Shown: positions 47,505 through 56,198 of the stretch, piece after piece
How the letters are laid out: each line of letters starts with the position of its first letter
Numbering within the stretch: the stretch's first letter is position 1
Source of the DNA: Planctomycetota bacterium
GTDB taxonomy: Bacteria > Planctomycetota > Planctomycetia > Gemmatales > Gemmataceae
DNA length: 64,000 bases
NCBI GenBank assembly: GCA_041180805.1
Contig: JBEGQX010000365.1
Location: 28,359-92,358, forward strand
Direction: 5' to 3'
Made by a program: the position numbers and the translations under genes
The notes under the pieces: model-generated
Seen by the model: the letters and a program-made list of their open reading frames with translations, nothing else
Told to the model about the DNA's origin: nothing
The model's database searches: none

Positions 47505-48125
47505 TTAATCTCCTTCAGGTACTCCCCAGCGGCCTTGAAGGGTATGATCCACTCCAAACTGGTCACAAATCCTTGCCACAACAAAATCCACAAGCTCATT
47601 CATGGTGGTTGGTTTGCTGTAAAAACCAGGCATGGCCGGTAATATAACTCCGCCAGCTTCAGTAACGGTTGCCATGTTTCTTATGTGAATCAGGTTTAGC
47701 GGCGTTTCCCTTGGAACAACAACCAACCTGCGCCTCTCTTTAAGATGCACGCTAGCTGCGCGAGTTATCAGGTTATCTGTCATACCATTGGCAATGGAAG
47801 CCAGGGTTCCCATGCTGCATGGACAAATAATCATCCCACTTGTGAGGAAAGATCCACTGGCAATACCGGAGTTGAAATCACGATAATGATGGTAACTAAA
47901 ACGGCTGGAAAGAATGCCTGTCCAGAAAGAGCCAAAGAACTTGGCGGGATTGAACTTTTCAGGATCCACTTTCCTTCCGCACTCCGCCGCGATAACTTCT
48001 ATTGCAGCAGGGCTAAGGGTAAAATGAATATGTTTGCCGGCTTTCAACATTACTTCCATCAACCGAAGGCCATAGGTGGCACCGCTGGCTCCAGTCATCG
48101 CAATCACGATATCTTCAACCGCCAT
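47505..48125 (-). CDS. ubiX: Flavin prenyltransferase UbiX
   Basis: IVIAMTGASGATYGLRL N-terminus and MIICPCSMGTLASIANG core. 206 aa. Confidence 0.85.
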   Translation of the reverse strand: MAVEDIVIAMTGASGATYGLRLMEVMLKAGKHIHFTLSPAAIEVIAAECGRKVDPEKFNPAKFFGSFWTGILSSRFSYHHYRDFNSGIASGSFLTSGMIICPCSMGTLASIANGMTDNLITRAASVHLKERRRLVVVPRETPLNLIHIRNMATVTEAGGVILPAMPGFYSKPTTMNELVDFVVARICDQFGVDHTLQGRWGVPEGD

Positions 48126-48180
48126 GCCATCCTGCCTTCATAAAATGGTGGGAGATTAGCTAATAGAATCGACATAATTC

Positions 48181-49029
48181 ATGATAGACGCAAGCAAAGT
48201 CCTTTACACCATAGAAAAAGCCACCCAAGCCACCCAAAAATACCCGTACAGGCAGGGGAGGGTTCTCCGAATACCTGATGCATCGGACATTCTTGTGGTT
48301 GGAGACCTCCATGGAAGAATGGATCTGTTTAAAAAAGCAGTTCAATTGGCAGATTTGAAAGCCAACCCTGGAAGGCATCTGGTCATTCAGGAACTCATGC
48401 ATGGAACCCAAACCTATGAGGATGGTTCTGACAATTCCCATCTCACCGTGGACATGGTGGCACTTCTCAAATGCCAGTTTCCGCTCCGGGTTCACTATCT
48501 GATTGGTAATCATGAACTTTCGCAAGCCACCAACAGGCGTGTCAGCAAGAATGGAAAAGATTTAAACCAGTTATTCGACATGGGTGTGGCTTTTGCTTAC
48601 CCGGAACACACCGATCAATTCCTTGAAGCCTATCGAAAACTTGTGGAAGAGTTACCCGCCCTTATACTTCTCCCTAACGGGGTAACCATTAGCCATAGTC
48701 TTCCTGATTCAACAAAAATGGACTCTTTCGATGTCCGAAAGCTGGAAGTTCTACCCACCACAAACGAGGAAACCACTCCGGGGGGCAGTTTGCATTCTCT
48801 TCTTTGGGGAAGAGATACTTCCGAACACAATGCCCAAGCGTTTCTTGAAAAGGTGAGGGGGAAATGGCTTATCACTGGTCACATTCCCGTGTTTCAAGGG
48901 GTTGATTTTCCAAACCCAAGGCAAATTGTGCTTGATGCTCATTTGGATGTCGGTGGTTACGCTCTGATCCCCGGACAAAGGGAAATATCACCCGGGGAGT
49001 TTCACGGATTGGCTGGTGTTCTGCAGTAG
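48181..49029 (+). CDS. Metallophosphoesterase (PPP-family Ser/Thr phosphatase-like)
   Basis: Motifs VVGDLHGR, GNHE and GH (LITGHIPV). Confidence 0.75.
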   Translation: MIDASKVLYTIEKATQATQKYPYRQGRVLRIPDASDILVVGDLHGRMDLFKKAVQLADLKANPGRHLVIQELMHGTQTYEDGSDNSHLTVDMVALLKCQFPLRVHYLIGNHELSQATNRRVSKNGKDLNQLFDMGVAFAYPEHTDQFLEAYRKLVEELPALILLPNGVTISHSLPDSTKMDSFDVRKLEVLPTTNEETTPGGSLHSLLWGRDTSEHNAQAFLEKVRGKWLITGHIPVFQGVDFPNPRQIVLDAHLDVGGYALIPGQREISPGEFHGLAGVLQ

Positions 49030-49045
49030 AGTTTTCAGGTGTGTG

Positions 49046-49744
49046 ATGGATTCAAAAAATACTACCACAAAAAAACTGCCATTCACCCCCCGGGATGCAC
49101 TGGGACCAACCCGCATTGAGAAGGTTATTGTTCATGAAAAAGAATTTCTCCTGGGAATTCCCACAGATACAGACAGGATGCTAAACCACCCTCAGGTACT
49201 GGCGGATATGCAGTATGAGGAAAATATGCCCTACTGGGCAGAGTTGTGGCCATCGGCGCGGATGCTGGCAAAACATATTTGGAAGCAAGAGTTTACCCAG
49301 GGCCAAAAGGCCTTGGAAATAGGATGCGGGCTGGGGCTCGTTGGAATAGTTGCGCTTGCCAGGGGCCTACAGGTCACATTCTCGGACTACGATGGCACCG
49401 CCCTGGAATTCGCATCTGAAAATGCAAAACGCAACGGGTTCAACTCTTTTGAAACCAGACAGATTGACTGGAGAGAAGTACCAGAAGGCCTGAGCTTTGA
49501 TTGGGTATTTGCTTCCGATTTAATCTACGAGAAAAGAAATGTGCAACCATTGGTGGCCATGATTGCCAAGACTCTTGCCCCTAAAGGCGTGTGCTTACTG
49601 ACCGACCAGGACCGCGCACCGGCGGAATTTCTTAAGGCGGAACTCAGCAAGGCGGGATTGTCATTTACCACCTCGCTGGTCCGGGCGGGTCAGCCCGGCG
49701 GAGACCGCTTCAAAGGTACTCTTTATCACATTCAAAAATCATGA
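49046..49744 (+). CDS. SAM-dependent methyltransferase (protein-lysine methyltransferase-like)
   Basis: ATG at 49046. WPSARMLAKHI followed by SAM motif ALEIGCGLGLVGIVALARG and ASDLIYE. Confidence 0.65.
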   Translation: MDSKNTTTKKLPFTPRDALGPTRIEKVIVHEKEFLLGIPTDTDRMLNHPQVLADMQYEENMPYWAELWPSARMLAKHIWKQEFTQGQKALEIGCGLGLVGIVALARGLQVTFSDYDGTALEFASENAKRNGFNSFETRQIDWREVPEGLSFDWVFASDLIYEKRNVQPLVAMIAKTLAPKGVCLLTDQDRAPAEFLKAELSKAGLSFTTSLVRAGQPGGDRFKGTLYHIQKS

Positions 49745-49814
49745 TTTGTCTTCGCACTTAGCGCGCATCACGCTAACATAACCTTTAGAAGCATATTGGT
49801 TGGAGGTTTAAATC

Positions 49815-50324
49815 ATGAATAGGATATTCGGCTTGGTGATACTGGCAGGAACCCTTATAGCCACCGCCTCCTTTGGCGGCGAAGTGACCGTAAAGACTGT
49901 TAAATACCCTGAACTAGCCAACCTGGTAAGAAGCCTCAAGGGCAAGGTCGTTCTTGTGGATTTCTGGCGGCACGACTGAGTGCCTTGCAAGAAGGAATTT
50001 CCTCATCTGGTTCAGATGCAGCAGAAGTTCAGCAACAGGGGATTCGTGGTGGTTTCGGTGCACTTAAACATGGGAGTGGACAAAGACCTTGGCCTTTCCG
50101 GAGTGGAGAAAACCGCCCAAAGCTTTCTTCAAAAAGTGAAGGCAGACTTTACCAACTTGATTCTGGATGAACCCGAACAAGTTTGGATGGCAAGGCTGGA
50201 AACAGGCGCGGTTCCCACCTTGTTTCTTTTCAACAAGCAAAACCGGATTGCCCAGAAGTTTATCGATATCGAGGATCAGGCAGCCTTCGAAAAAGAAATA
50301 AGCGAACTGTTGGACAAACCGTGA
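49815..50324 (+). CDS. TlpA/ResA-like periplasmic thiol-disulfide oxidoreductase, candidate selenoprotein (UxxC; TGA at 49977-49979 read as Sec)
   Basis: ATG at 49815 lies 7 nt after GGAGG. Signal peptide MNRIFGLVILAGTLIATASFG. The frame reads ...GKVVLVDFWRHD-TGA-VPCKKEFPHLVQMQQKFSNRGFVVVSVHLN..., which is colinear with the TlpA signature GK.VLVDFWATWC.PC..E.P.L. The TGA falls on the first Cys. A SECIS-like hairpin lies 15 nt downstream. Confidence 0.7.
49995..50030 (+). promoter_or_regulatory. SECIS-like bipartite hairpin downstream of the in-frame TGA
   Basis: Lower stem GAATTTC (49995-50001) / GAAGTTC (50024-50030): 7 bp with one G-U pair. Internal loop CT / CAGCA. Upper stem CATCT (50004-50008) / AGATG (50014-50018). 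Apical loop GGTTC. The apical loop sits ~30 nt after the TGA, in the range known for bacterial SECIS elements. Confidence 0.5.
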
Positions 50325-50821
50325 TGAATATTCCCGAATCAAAAGTCATAGAAATGGCAGACCCATCCCAGGCACTTGGAAAGATTCCAAGCGGTCTGTT
50401 TGTCATTACTTATCTTGGCAAGGATGACAAACCTGAAGGCATGCTGGCAAGTTGGGTTCAGCAATGTTCCTTGGAACCGCTTCTTATAAGCATCGCCCTG
50501 AAAGCAGGGCGTGGAATCCTTGAAAGCCTGACACCGGGCGCAAAATTCCATGTGCATGTGCTGCGAACCGGCCAGAACCAACTGGTCTCGCGTTTTGCGA
50601 AACCTTCCAACGGTGAAAATCGATTTGCAGAGCTCTCCATCCATCAGACCGCGGATATGCCGCCAATCCTTCTAGATGCCTGTTCGGTTCTTTGCTGCGT
50701 GGCGCAAAGCCATACCGGGGCCGGCGACCACCGACTTCTTCTGGCGGAGGTTTTATCAGGGACCCTGCTGGAAAGTGGAGACCCAATGGTCCATGTCCGA
50801 AAAAATGGAAGAAATTACTAA
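50324..50821 (+). CDS. Flavin reductase-like (FMN-binding split-barrel) domain protein
   Basis: The ATG at 50324 overlaps the preceding stop (TGATG). GLFVITYLGKDDKPEGMLASWVQQCSLEPLLISIAL matches the flavin-reductase domain pattern. The track ORF start at 50183 lies inside the upstream gene. Confidence 0.7.
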   Translation: MNIPESKVIEMADPSQALGKIPSGLFVITYLGKDDKPEGMLASWVQQCSLEPLLISIALKAGRGILESLTPGAKFHVHVLRTGQNQLVSRFAKPSNGENRFAELSIHQTADMPPILLDACSVLCCVAQSHTGAGDHRLLLAEVLSGTLLESGDPMVHVRKNGRNY

Positions 50822-50895
50822 GTTGGAAGCTCTCACGGACATGCTTAGGTTTCATCATAAAATAAAAGTTAAGACGAACAATTACTGGGGATGTA

Positions 50896-52317
50896 ATGAA
50901 AAGACTTTTTGACAGGCTTGAATCCATTGTTGGGCCGGGAGCAATGATCACCTCATCAAGTGAATTGCTTGTTTATGAGTGTGATGGATTCACCATTGAA
51001 AAAAACAAACCTGATGTGGTTGTGTTTCCCACCACAACGGATCAAGTGGCGGAAATCGTGGCGGTATGCAGTCAGTTTGAAGTCCCATTCATTCCCCGCG
51101 GATCAGGTACCAGCCTGGCGGGAGGTTGCCTTCCCGTTGGTGGTGGTGTGGTTGTCTCGCTGGCTAGAATGAAAAAAATTCTGGAGGTGGATTACCGCAA
51201 CCAGTGTGCTCTTATCGAAGCTGGTGTCATCAATCTATGGCTTACCAATCACCTGAAAAACAATGGTTACCATTTTGCCCCTGACCCCAGCAGCCAGGGT
51301 GCCTGCACCATTGGCGGAAATGTCGCCACCAATTCAGGAGGTCCTCACACGCTGAAGTATGGCGTGACTGTCAATCACATAATGGGGCTGGAATTCATCA
51401 TGCCCGATGGCAGGGTTTACCACACTGGCGGCCCGGTGGAGGATACTCCCGGCTACGATCTTACCGGCGTCATGGTTGGTTCGGAGGGGACCTTTGGAGT
51501 TGCTACCAAGTCCTGGGTTCGCATCACTCGCAATCCGGAATCCTACCGAACGCTACTGGGTGTGTTTGAATCGGTGGATGATGCCACAAACACCATCAGC
51601 GAAATCATTGGAGCGGGAATCGTGCCGGCCGCCTTGGAGATGCTGGACCAAATGATTCTCGGCGCGCTTGAGGATGCGTTTCATTTCGGGTTCCCATTGG
51701 ATGCGGGTGCCATTCTGATCATGGAAGTAGACGGACTGGAAGCAGGGCTTCAGGATGAAGCCGACCGAATTAGCGCCATAGCCATGAAAAACAAAGCCCG
51801 CGAAGTTCGAAAAGCCTCCACAGATGCTGAAAGATTGTTGCTTTGGAAAGCCCGCAAGCAGGCTTTCGGCGCCGTGGGCAGGCTGGCCTCCAGTTTCTGT
51901 ACTCAGGATGGTGTTGTGCCTCGAAGCAAATTGCCCCACATTTTAAGAGTCATTCAGGAGATTGGCAAAAAGTACGACCTGAAGATATGCAATGTCTTCC
52001 ACGCAGGTGATGGCAACATTCATCCCATTCTTTTATTTGATGAAAGACACCCCGAGCAGGTTCGCAAAGTTTTGGATGCCAGCACTGAAATCCTTGACGA
52101 ATGCATCAAGCAGGGTGGCAGTGTCACAGGCGAACATGGCATTGGGGTGGAAAAAATCAGTTTCATGGAAAAACTGTTTGCCCCCGAGGACATCAAGATG
52201 ATGATTCGCCTTAGGGATGCCTTTAATCCGGAAAACAAATGCAGCCCCCATAAGATGCTTCCGACCTCCGGCGCGTGTGTGGAAGCTACCAAGGCTGGCC
52301 GCATGGCCGCGATGTAA
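50896..52317 (+). CDS. glcD: FAD-linked oxidase, glycolate oxidase subunit GlcD
   Basis: PCMH-type FAD-binding domain (PRGSGTSLAGG) and C-terminal GSVTGEHGIGVEK motif. 473 aa. Confidence 0.85.
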   Translation: MKRLFDRLESIVGPGAMITSSSELLVYECDGFTIEKNKPDVVVFPTTTDQVAEIVAVCSQFEVPFIPRGSGTSLAGGCLPVGGGVVVSLARMKKILEVDYRNQCALIEAGVINLWLTNHLKNNGYHFAPDPSSQGACTIGGNVATNSGGPHTLKYGVTVNHIMGLEFIMPDGRVYHTGGPVEDTPGYDLTGVMVGSEGTFGVATKSWVRITRNPESYRTLLGVFESVDDATNTISEIIGAGIVPAALEMLDQMILGALEDAFHFGFPLDAGAILIMEVDGLEAGLQDEADRISAIAMKNKAREVRKASTDAERLLLWKARKQAFGAVGRLASSFCTQDGVVPRSKLPHILRVIQEIGKKYDLKICNVFHAGDGNIHPILLFDERHPEQVRKVLDASTEILDECIKQGGSVTGEHGIGVEKISFMEKLFAPEDIKMMIRLRDAFNPENKCSPHKMLPTSGACVEATKAGRMAAM

Positions 52318-52342
52318 TTTAAGAAAACAGGATCAAATCAAC

Positions 52343-53575
52343 ATGACACTTTCTGCCACGCCTGAAAAAGCAAAGGTTCAAAAGCCAGCTTCCATCAAGG
52401 AAGCGTGTGAGATAATCACCGAAGCCAGAAATTATTCCCATGTGATTATTCCCACCGGAAATGGGACGAAAATGGCATTAGGGTACCCGTGCAAACGAAG
52501 CGCTGTTCACCTTGACACAAAGGCACTGGACAAAGTTATCGACTACCCCGCAAGGGACATGACCATTACGGTTCAGGCTGGAATTACCATGCAAAACTTG
52601 AGGGCTTTGCTTGCGAAAGAAAACCAGCGTCTGCCTGTGGATGACCCCTATCAGGGTGCAAGCACTCTTGGTGGCATGATTGCAACCAACACATCGGGGC
52701 CAAGAAGGTTCGGCTGGGGAACCTTGCGTGACTATGTGATTGGAATAAGCATTTTGAACGACGAGGGAATGGAAACCAAAGCGGGTGGCAGAGTCGTCAA
52801 GAACGTGGCAGGGTACGATTTCTGCAAACTGCACACCGGCGCGTTAGGCACCTTGGGGGTAATTTCCCAGGTAACCTTGAAAGTCCGTCCCGTTTCGGAA
52901 GCGAATGCCCTGGTGTTGGTTGGGCTGAACCCAAATGAGGTGGAATCCGCATTGAACTTAGTGCATCAAACATCCACCCGGCCAGTTGTGGTAGACATTT
53001 TGAACCCGAAAGCCACTTACCAATTCGGGTTGGGTTCGGGGGACAAATGGCTGCTCGCCGTAGGGTTTGAACATTCTAAAACCACCACCGACTGGCAAGT
53101 TCAAACCATCGCCAGAGAATTTCAGGATTTCTCATCAAGCACTGTCGAGGTCCTGGAAGGTTCGAACTCTGAAAAAGGCTGGAAAGCCTTGGAATCTTTT
53201 CAGGGACAACCCCAGTTTGATTCACCCGTAACATTTAAAGCTAATATCCCGCCGGCAAAAGTGGCAACCTGGAGCGAGTTAGCGAATCAATTGTTCCCCG
53301 AAGCGTTCTTGCAGGCGCATGCAGGGAATGGAATAGTATTCGGGCATATTCAAGGTCTAGACTTGAAAGACACCAAAAACGGCCTCAACCAACTCATGGA
53401 AAAAGCGGTTCGATACCAAGGCAATATGGTGCTGCATCGCTGCCCGGATTCCTGGAAGGAAGAATTGCCCTTATGGGGAACCTTGAGAGAGGATTTGGAG
53501 TTAATGCGTAAGGTAAAGCAGGCCATGGATCCACTGGGGTTATTCAACCCCGGGCGCTTCGTGGGCCGAATCTAA
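52343..53575 (+). CDS. glcE: Glycolate oxidase FAD-binding subunit GlcE
   Basis: ATG at 52343. FAD-binding PCMH domain (PTGNGTKMALG, VVKNVAGYD). Positioned between glcD and glcF. Confidence 0.75.
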   Translation: MTLSATPEKAKVQKPASIKEACEIITEARNYSHVIIPTGNGTKMALGYPCKRSAVHLDTKALDKVIDYPARDMTITVQAGITMQNLRALLAKENQRLPVDDPYQGASTLGGMIATNTSGPRRFGWGTLRDYVIGISILNDEGMETKAGGRVVKNVAGYDFCKLHTGALGTLGVISQVTLKVRPVSEANALVLVGLNPNEVESALNLVHQTSTRPVVVDILNPKATYQFGLGSGDKWLLAVGFEHSKTTTDWQVQTIAREFQDFSSSTVEVLEGSNSEKGWKALESFQGQPQFDSPVTFKANIPPAKVATWSELANQLFPEAFLQAHAGNGIVFGHIQGLDLKDTKNGLNQLMEKAVRYQGNMVLHRCPDSWKEELPLWGTLREDLELMRKVKQAMDPLGLFNPGRFVGRI

Positions 53576-53602
53576 AACCAAACAACATTGGAACAACCAT
53601 AA

Positions 53603-55003
53603 ATGAACGCTGGAAATACTACTCAAAAGCCATTGGAAAACGACCCACTAGCCTTGAAACCTTTAAAAGGCGAACCGGGGTTTGGCAGAAACATCGATTA
53701 TGAAACTTTCATGGATTGTGTGCATTGCGGACTTTGTCTTGGTTCCTGCCCCACGTATGTGGAAACTGGCGACGAGAACGACAGTCCCCGTGGAAGAATT
53801 TACCTTTGGCGCGCAGTAACTGATGGACGAGCCGAGCTGACGCCAAAAGTACGCCAGCATATGGATCTATGCCTGGAGTGCCGGGCTTGCGAGACGGCAT
53901 GCCCATCTGGTGTCCAATACGGAAAAATTATCTCTTCTTACAAGCATGACATGGCAAAGGTGCTACCACCCGCACCCACAGTGAATGCACTGCAAAGATG
54001 GATGCTTTTCAATCTGACACCCTTTGCGGACAGAATGCGACTGGCGCTCACCCCTGTTCGCATCATGCAAAAACTAGGCCTCGGCAGCGTTGTAAGATTC
54101 TTGGGTAAATTTCTACCAAGATCGCTTCGATTGCTTAATGATATCGTCCCGGATCTCGAGCCTCATTATGGTTCCCTGCCTGAGGTACTTCCAGCCAAGG
54201 GGACAAAGCGTGCCAGAGTTGGTTTGATCCTTGGTTGCGCAGCGGACGCCTTTCTTCCAAATGCCAATCTGGCGACCGTAAAGGTTTTGCAAGAGAATGG
54301 CTGCGAGGTATGGATTCCAAAATCACAAGGTTGCTGTGCTGCCTTGCATCATCATGCGGGGTTGGATAGCGAAGCCAAAAAATTTGCCGCTGCCAACTGT
54401 AAGGCCTTTGAATCAGGCTTGGGGGAAGGGCCAGGCAAACTGGATGCCATTATCAACAATGCTGGCGGGTGTGGCCCGGTACTCAAAGAATACGATCATC
54501 TTCTTCATGGAACCGAATTCGAAAATCTTGGTAAATCATTCGCCTCCAAGGTGGCGGACATACATGATTTTCTGGTTAAGCTTGGTCCGGTAAAGCCAAA
54601 GCACGCCATACCTCTCAAAGTTACCTACCATGATGCCTGCGGTTTAAGTCATGCCCAAAAGATCAGAACTCCTCCTCGCCAACTTTTGGGAATGATAGAC
54701 GGCCTGAAGCTGGTATCCCTTCCTGAAAGCGAACACTGCTGTGGAGCCGCTGGAAGTTACAACATTACACAGCCTGATATGTCGCAAACTTTGGGGGAAC
54801 GCAAGGCAAAAAATATTCTTTCCACCGGTGCTAGAGCCATCTTTACCGCGAACATTGGTTGCCTGTTGCAGGTGGACCGTTACTTGCGTGAACAACAACC
54901 CAGAGTCTGGGTCGCACATCCGATGGAAATCCTTTGGGCGGCTTATTCCGGCCAAAAACCCAGGGGCCTTAAACAAGCTATGGAACCATTCGAAAAGGAT
55001 TGA
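53603..55003 (+). CDS. glcF: Glycolate oxidase iron-sulfur subunit GlcF
   Basis: Two 4Fe-4S motifs (CVHCGLCLGSCPTY, CLECRACETACPSG) and two Cys-rich CCG domains (CCAALHHH, HCCGAAGSY). Confidence 0.8.
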   Translation: MNAGNTTQKPLENDPLALKPLKGEPGFGRNIDYETFMDCVHCGLCLGSCPTYVETGDENDSPRGRIYLWRAVTDGRAELTPKVRQHMDLCLECRACETACPSGVQYGKIISSYKHDMAKVLPPAPTVNALQRWMLFNLTPFADRMRLALTPVRIMQKLGLGSVVRFLGKFLPRSLRLLNDIVPDLEPHYGSLPEVLPAKGTKRARVGLILGCAADAFLPNANLATVKVLQENGCEVWIPKSQGCCAALHHHAGLDSEAKKFAAANCKAFESGLGEGPGKLDAIINNAGGCGPVLKEYDHLLHGTEFENLGKSFASKVADIHDFLVKLGPVKPKHAIPLKVTYHDACGLSHAQKIRTPPRQLLGMIDGLKLVSLPESEHCCGAAGSYNITQPDMSQTLGERKAKNILSTGARAIFTANIGCLLQVDRYLREQQPRVWVAHPMEILWAAYSGQKPRGLKQAMEPFEKD

Positions 55004-55005
55004 AT

Positions 55006-55893
55006 ATGAACATTCATGGCATTATTCCTCCGCTTGCAACGCCTTTCACAGCCAATGAGGACCTTGATATTCCAAGGCTCCGCTGGTTTATTGAACATCA
55101 ACTATCCGCCGGGGTTCATGGAATTTTCGTGCTGGGCACGAACAGCGAATTTTACGCCATGGATGACGCCGAAAAGCAGCAAGTAATCGCAGTGGCTGTG
55201 GAGCAGGTTAAAGGCAGGGTACCTGTTTTTGCGGGCACTGGTGCTGAAACCACTCGCGAAGCCATTCGGATTACCAAGATTGCTGAAAAAGAGGGAGCAA
55301 ATGGGGTTTCGGTGATTACACCTTACTTCATTTCCCCCAATCAACAAGAGATCCATGATCATTACAAGCGGATTGCGGAATCAACATCTCTGCCCGTATT
55401 GCTTTACAACAACCCCGTGACTTGTGGTGGGCTGAAAATTGACCCTGACACCGTGGGAAAGCTTTCCCGAATAAAAAACATCGTTGGGATCAAAGACTCG
55501 AGCGGCGACCTGCAAAACACCATTGAATATCTTCGCAATGTGCCGGATACTTTTGCAATTCTTCAGGGGCGTGACACCCTGATTTATTCCGCCATGGATC
55601 TTGGCGCGCGGGGCGCTGTGCCAGCAACTGCAAACATTGCGCCAGCCTTACTTGTGGAAATTTACAACAAGTTCAAAGCCGGAGATAAGGACGGCTCCAA
55701 GGCTGCTCAGGCGAGGCTTCACCCTCTGCGAATGGCACTTACTTTGGGAACCGCTCCCGGTGGAGTGAAATCTGCGCTTAGAGAGCTTGGCACCCCGATT
55801 GGGCCATGCCGTTCACCAGTCGCACTGATTGGCACCGACAAAGCCAACAAACTGCGCGAGGCCCTTGTTTCGGCTGGCCTAAAGCCAGTCTAG
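55006..55893 (+). CDS. Dihydrodipicolinate synthase-family (class I) aldolase
   Basis: The ATG at 55006 lies 3 nt after the glcF stop. Schiff-base Lys context VGIKDSSGD and Tyr context LLYNNP. The N-terminal motif is GTNSEF rather than the DapA-type GTTGE. Confidence 0.8.
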   Translation: MNIHGIIPPLATPFTANEDLDIPRLRWFIEHQLSAGVHGIFVLGTNSEFYAMDDAEKQQVIAVAVEQVKGRVPVFAGTGAETTREAIRITKIAEKEGANGVSVITPYFISPNQQEIHDHYKRIAESTSLPVLLYNNPVTCGGLKIDPDTVGKLSRIKNIVGIKDSSGDLQNTIEYLRNVPDTFAILQGRDTLIYSAMDLGARGAVPATANIAPALLVEIYNKFKAGDKDGSKAAQARLHPLRMALTLGTAPGGVKSALRELGTPIGPCRSPVALIGTDKANKLREALVSAGLKPV

Positions 55894-56198
55894 TCAGCTT
55901 TAAAATAAGCCCAGGCAGTTATTCCGTCTTGCAAGCGAACCAACTTACGATGGTAAACGCTTGGAACTTCTTCAAAAATGTCCAATTCTGCCAGAAGTGT
56001 ATCATTCACCAGATACACTTCCCCAGAAATGCTTTCCCCGTTGATTTCCACTTTCACCATCGCCGGGAATTCGCCTACTTGAACTATCTTATATTCTGAG
56101 ACAGTCGATTGTTCACCAAGGAACCGGGAGCCCCTCAAAAGAAGATGATTTTTTTCCGAACGCTTTAGTGACCCATAGACAAACAGCAATTCTTTCAC
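55890..56198 (-). CDS. Gamma-glutamylcyclotransferase (AIG2/GGACT-like) family protein
   Basis: 102 aa. LFVYGSLKR N-terminus and a later E (GEVY) are typical of the family. It overlaps the upstream pxpB stop by 4 nt. Confidence 0.7.
   Translation of the reverse strand: MKELLFVYGSLKRSEKNHLLLRGSRFLGEQSTVSEYKIVQVGEFPAMVKVEINGESISGEVYLVNDTLLAELDIFEEVPSVYHRKLVRLQDGITAWAYFKAD

Noticed and set aside
49808-49990. 60-aa minus-strand ORF
   Set aside because: It is antisense to the signal-peptide and beta-1 part of the TlpA-like gene. It has no motif or RBS.
49980-50324. Track ORF treated as an independent 114-aa gene starting with GTG
   Set aside because: It begins immediately after an in-frame TGA and starts in the middle of a thioredoxin-fold active-site motif (VPCKKEFP). 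It has no signal peptide or RBS. It is better explained as the 3' part of the 49815-50324 Sec-containing gene.
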